Assembly: GCF_003945235.1 (NCBI RefSeq)
Contig: NZ_RSDW01000001.1
Coordinates: forward strand, 4,440,001-4,472,000
Length of the DNA stretch: 32,000 nt
Reading direction: 5' to 3'
DNA from: Edaphobacter aggregans
GTDB lineage: Bacteria; Acidobacteriota; Terriglobia; Terriglobales; Acidobacteriaceae
This document shows positions 31,830-32,000 of this stretch, in pieces. The translations under genes were made by a program, and so were the position numbers. How positions within the stretch are numbered: position 1 is the first letter of the stretch; each line of letters begins with the position of its first letter. Under the pieces are notes generated by a model. It saw nothing but the letters and a program-made list of their open reading frames with translations, was not told the origin of the DNA and made no database searches.

Positions 31830-32000
31830 TTGGTCGACTTCTTCATTCGCCGCCCGATCTTCGCTACGGTCTGCGCGCTGCTCATCATTCTGGCAGGCGC
31901 CGTCTGCATCCCGACGCTGCCCATCTCGCTCTACCCGCAGCTCGCTCCACCTCAGGTCATCGTGACCAGCAACTACATCGGCGCCAACGCCAAAGATGTT
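31830..32000 (+). CDS. RND efflux permease (AcrB/HAE1-like), N-terminal fragment running off the window
   Basis: My own translation from TTG 31830 gives (M)VDFFIRRPIFATVCALLIILAGAVCIPTLPISLYPQLAPPQVIVTSNYIGANAKDV. This is the canonical RND N-terminus. The track ORF 31747..31965 is in a different frame and looks spurious. Confidence 0.85.
   Translation, partial: MVDFFIRRPIFATVCALLIILAGAVCIPTLPISLYPQLAPPQVIVTSNYIGANAKDV

Noticed and set aside
31747-31965. 72-aa ORF at the start of the RND permease region
   Set aside because: It is in the wrong frame. The frame starting at TTG 31830 gives the canonical VDFFIRRPIFA... RND N-terminus.
1-32000. CRISPR arrays, IS elements / transposases, rRNA, toxin-antitoxin pairs, reverse transcriptases
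   Set aside because: I found no spaced identical repeats of CRISPR type, no terminal inverted repeats bounding an ORF with transposase motifs, and no matching gene products on either strand.

Overview
The window is a bacterial chromosomal segment with hand-sampled GC of about 50-68%. It is most consistent with Acidobacteriota (Terriglobia / Acidobacteriaceae-like). The reasons are three 975-1113 aa TonB-dependent receptors (TBDRs) with N-terminal carboxypeptidase-regulatory-like domains, and a hairpin plus GCAA-rich intergenic repeat that I recall, from memory only, as typical of that group.

The left half (1-15 kb) is mostly housekeeping:
- a divergent exopolysaccharide-type gene pair (GH18-like multidomain fragment and a GT-C glycosyltransferase)
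- a LolA-like protein
- serS with a translationally coupled small membrane protein
- an NPP-type phosphatase
- pyrD, a low-GC ORFan, then purH
- a TPR protein, a dGTPase-like HD protein, a DUF4126 protein and an M23 peptidase

The right half (about 16-29.5 kb) is a lower-GC accessory block devoted to outer-membrane uptake:
- On the minus strand: exported acetamidase/formamidase-like gene, HTH-Mop (molbindin) regulator, TBDR, small Cys/His-motif protein, TBDR, DUF5996.
- Diverging on the plus strand: a third TBDR and two coupled AhpD/CMD-type genes.
- The block ends at the 3' end of a tRNA-Glu(UUC).

Beyond the tRNA lie a YhhQ-type queuosine-precursor transporter and the start of an RND efflux operon.

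The best candidate for something undescribed is the Mop-domain regulator with palindromic operators at the TBDR and amidase promoters, together with the CCx5HHC mini-protein between the two receptors. I found no CRISPR array, IS element, integrase or rRNA. All calls come from reading the sequence and the supplied ORF track. No database search was run.
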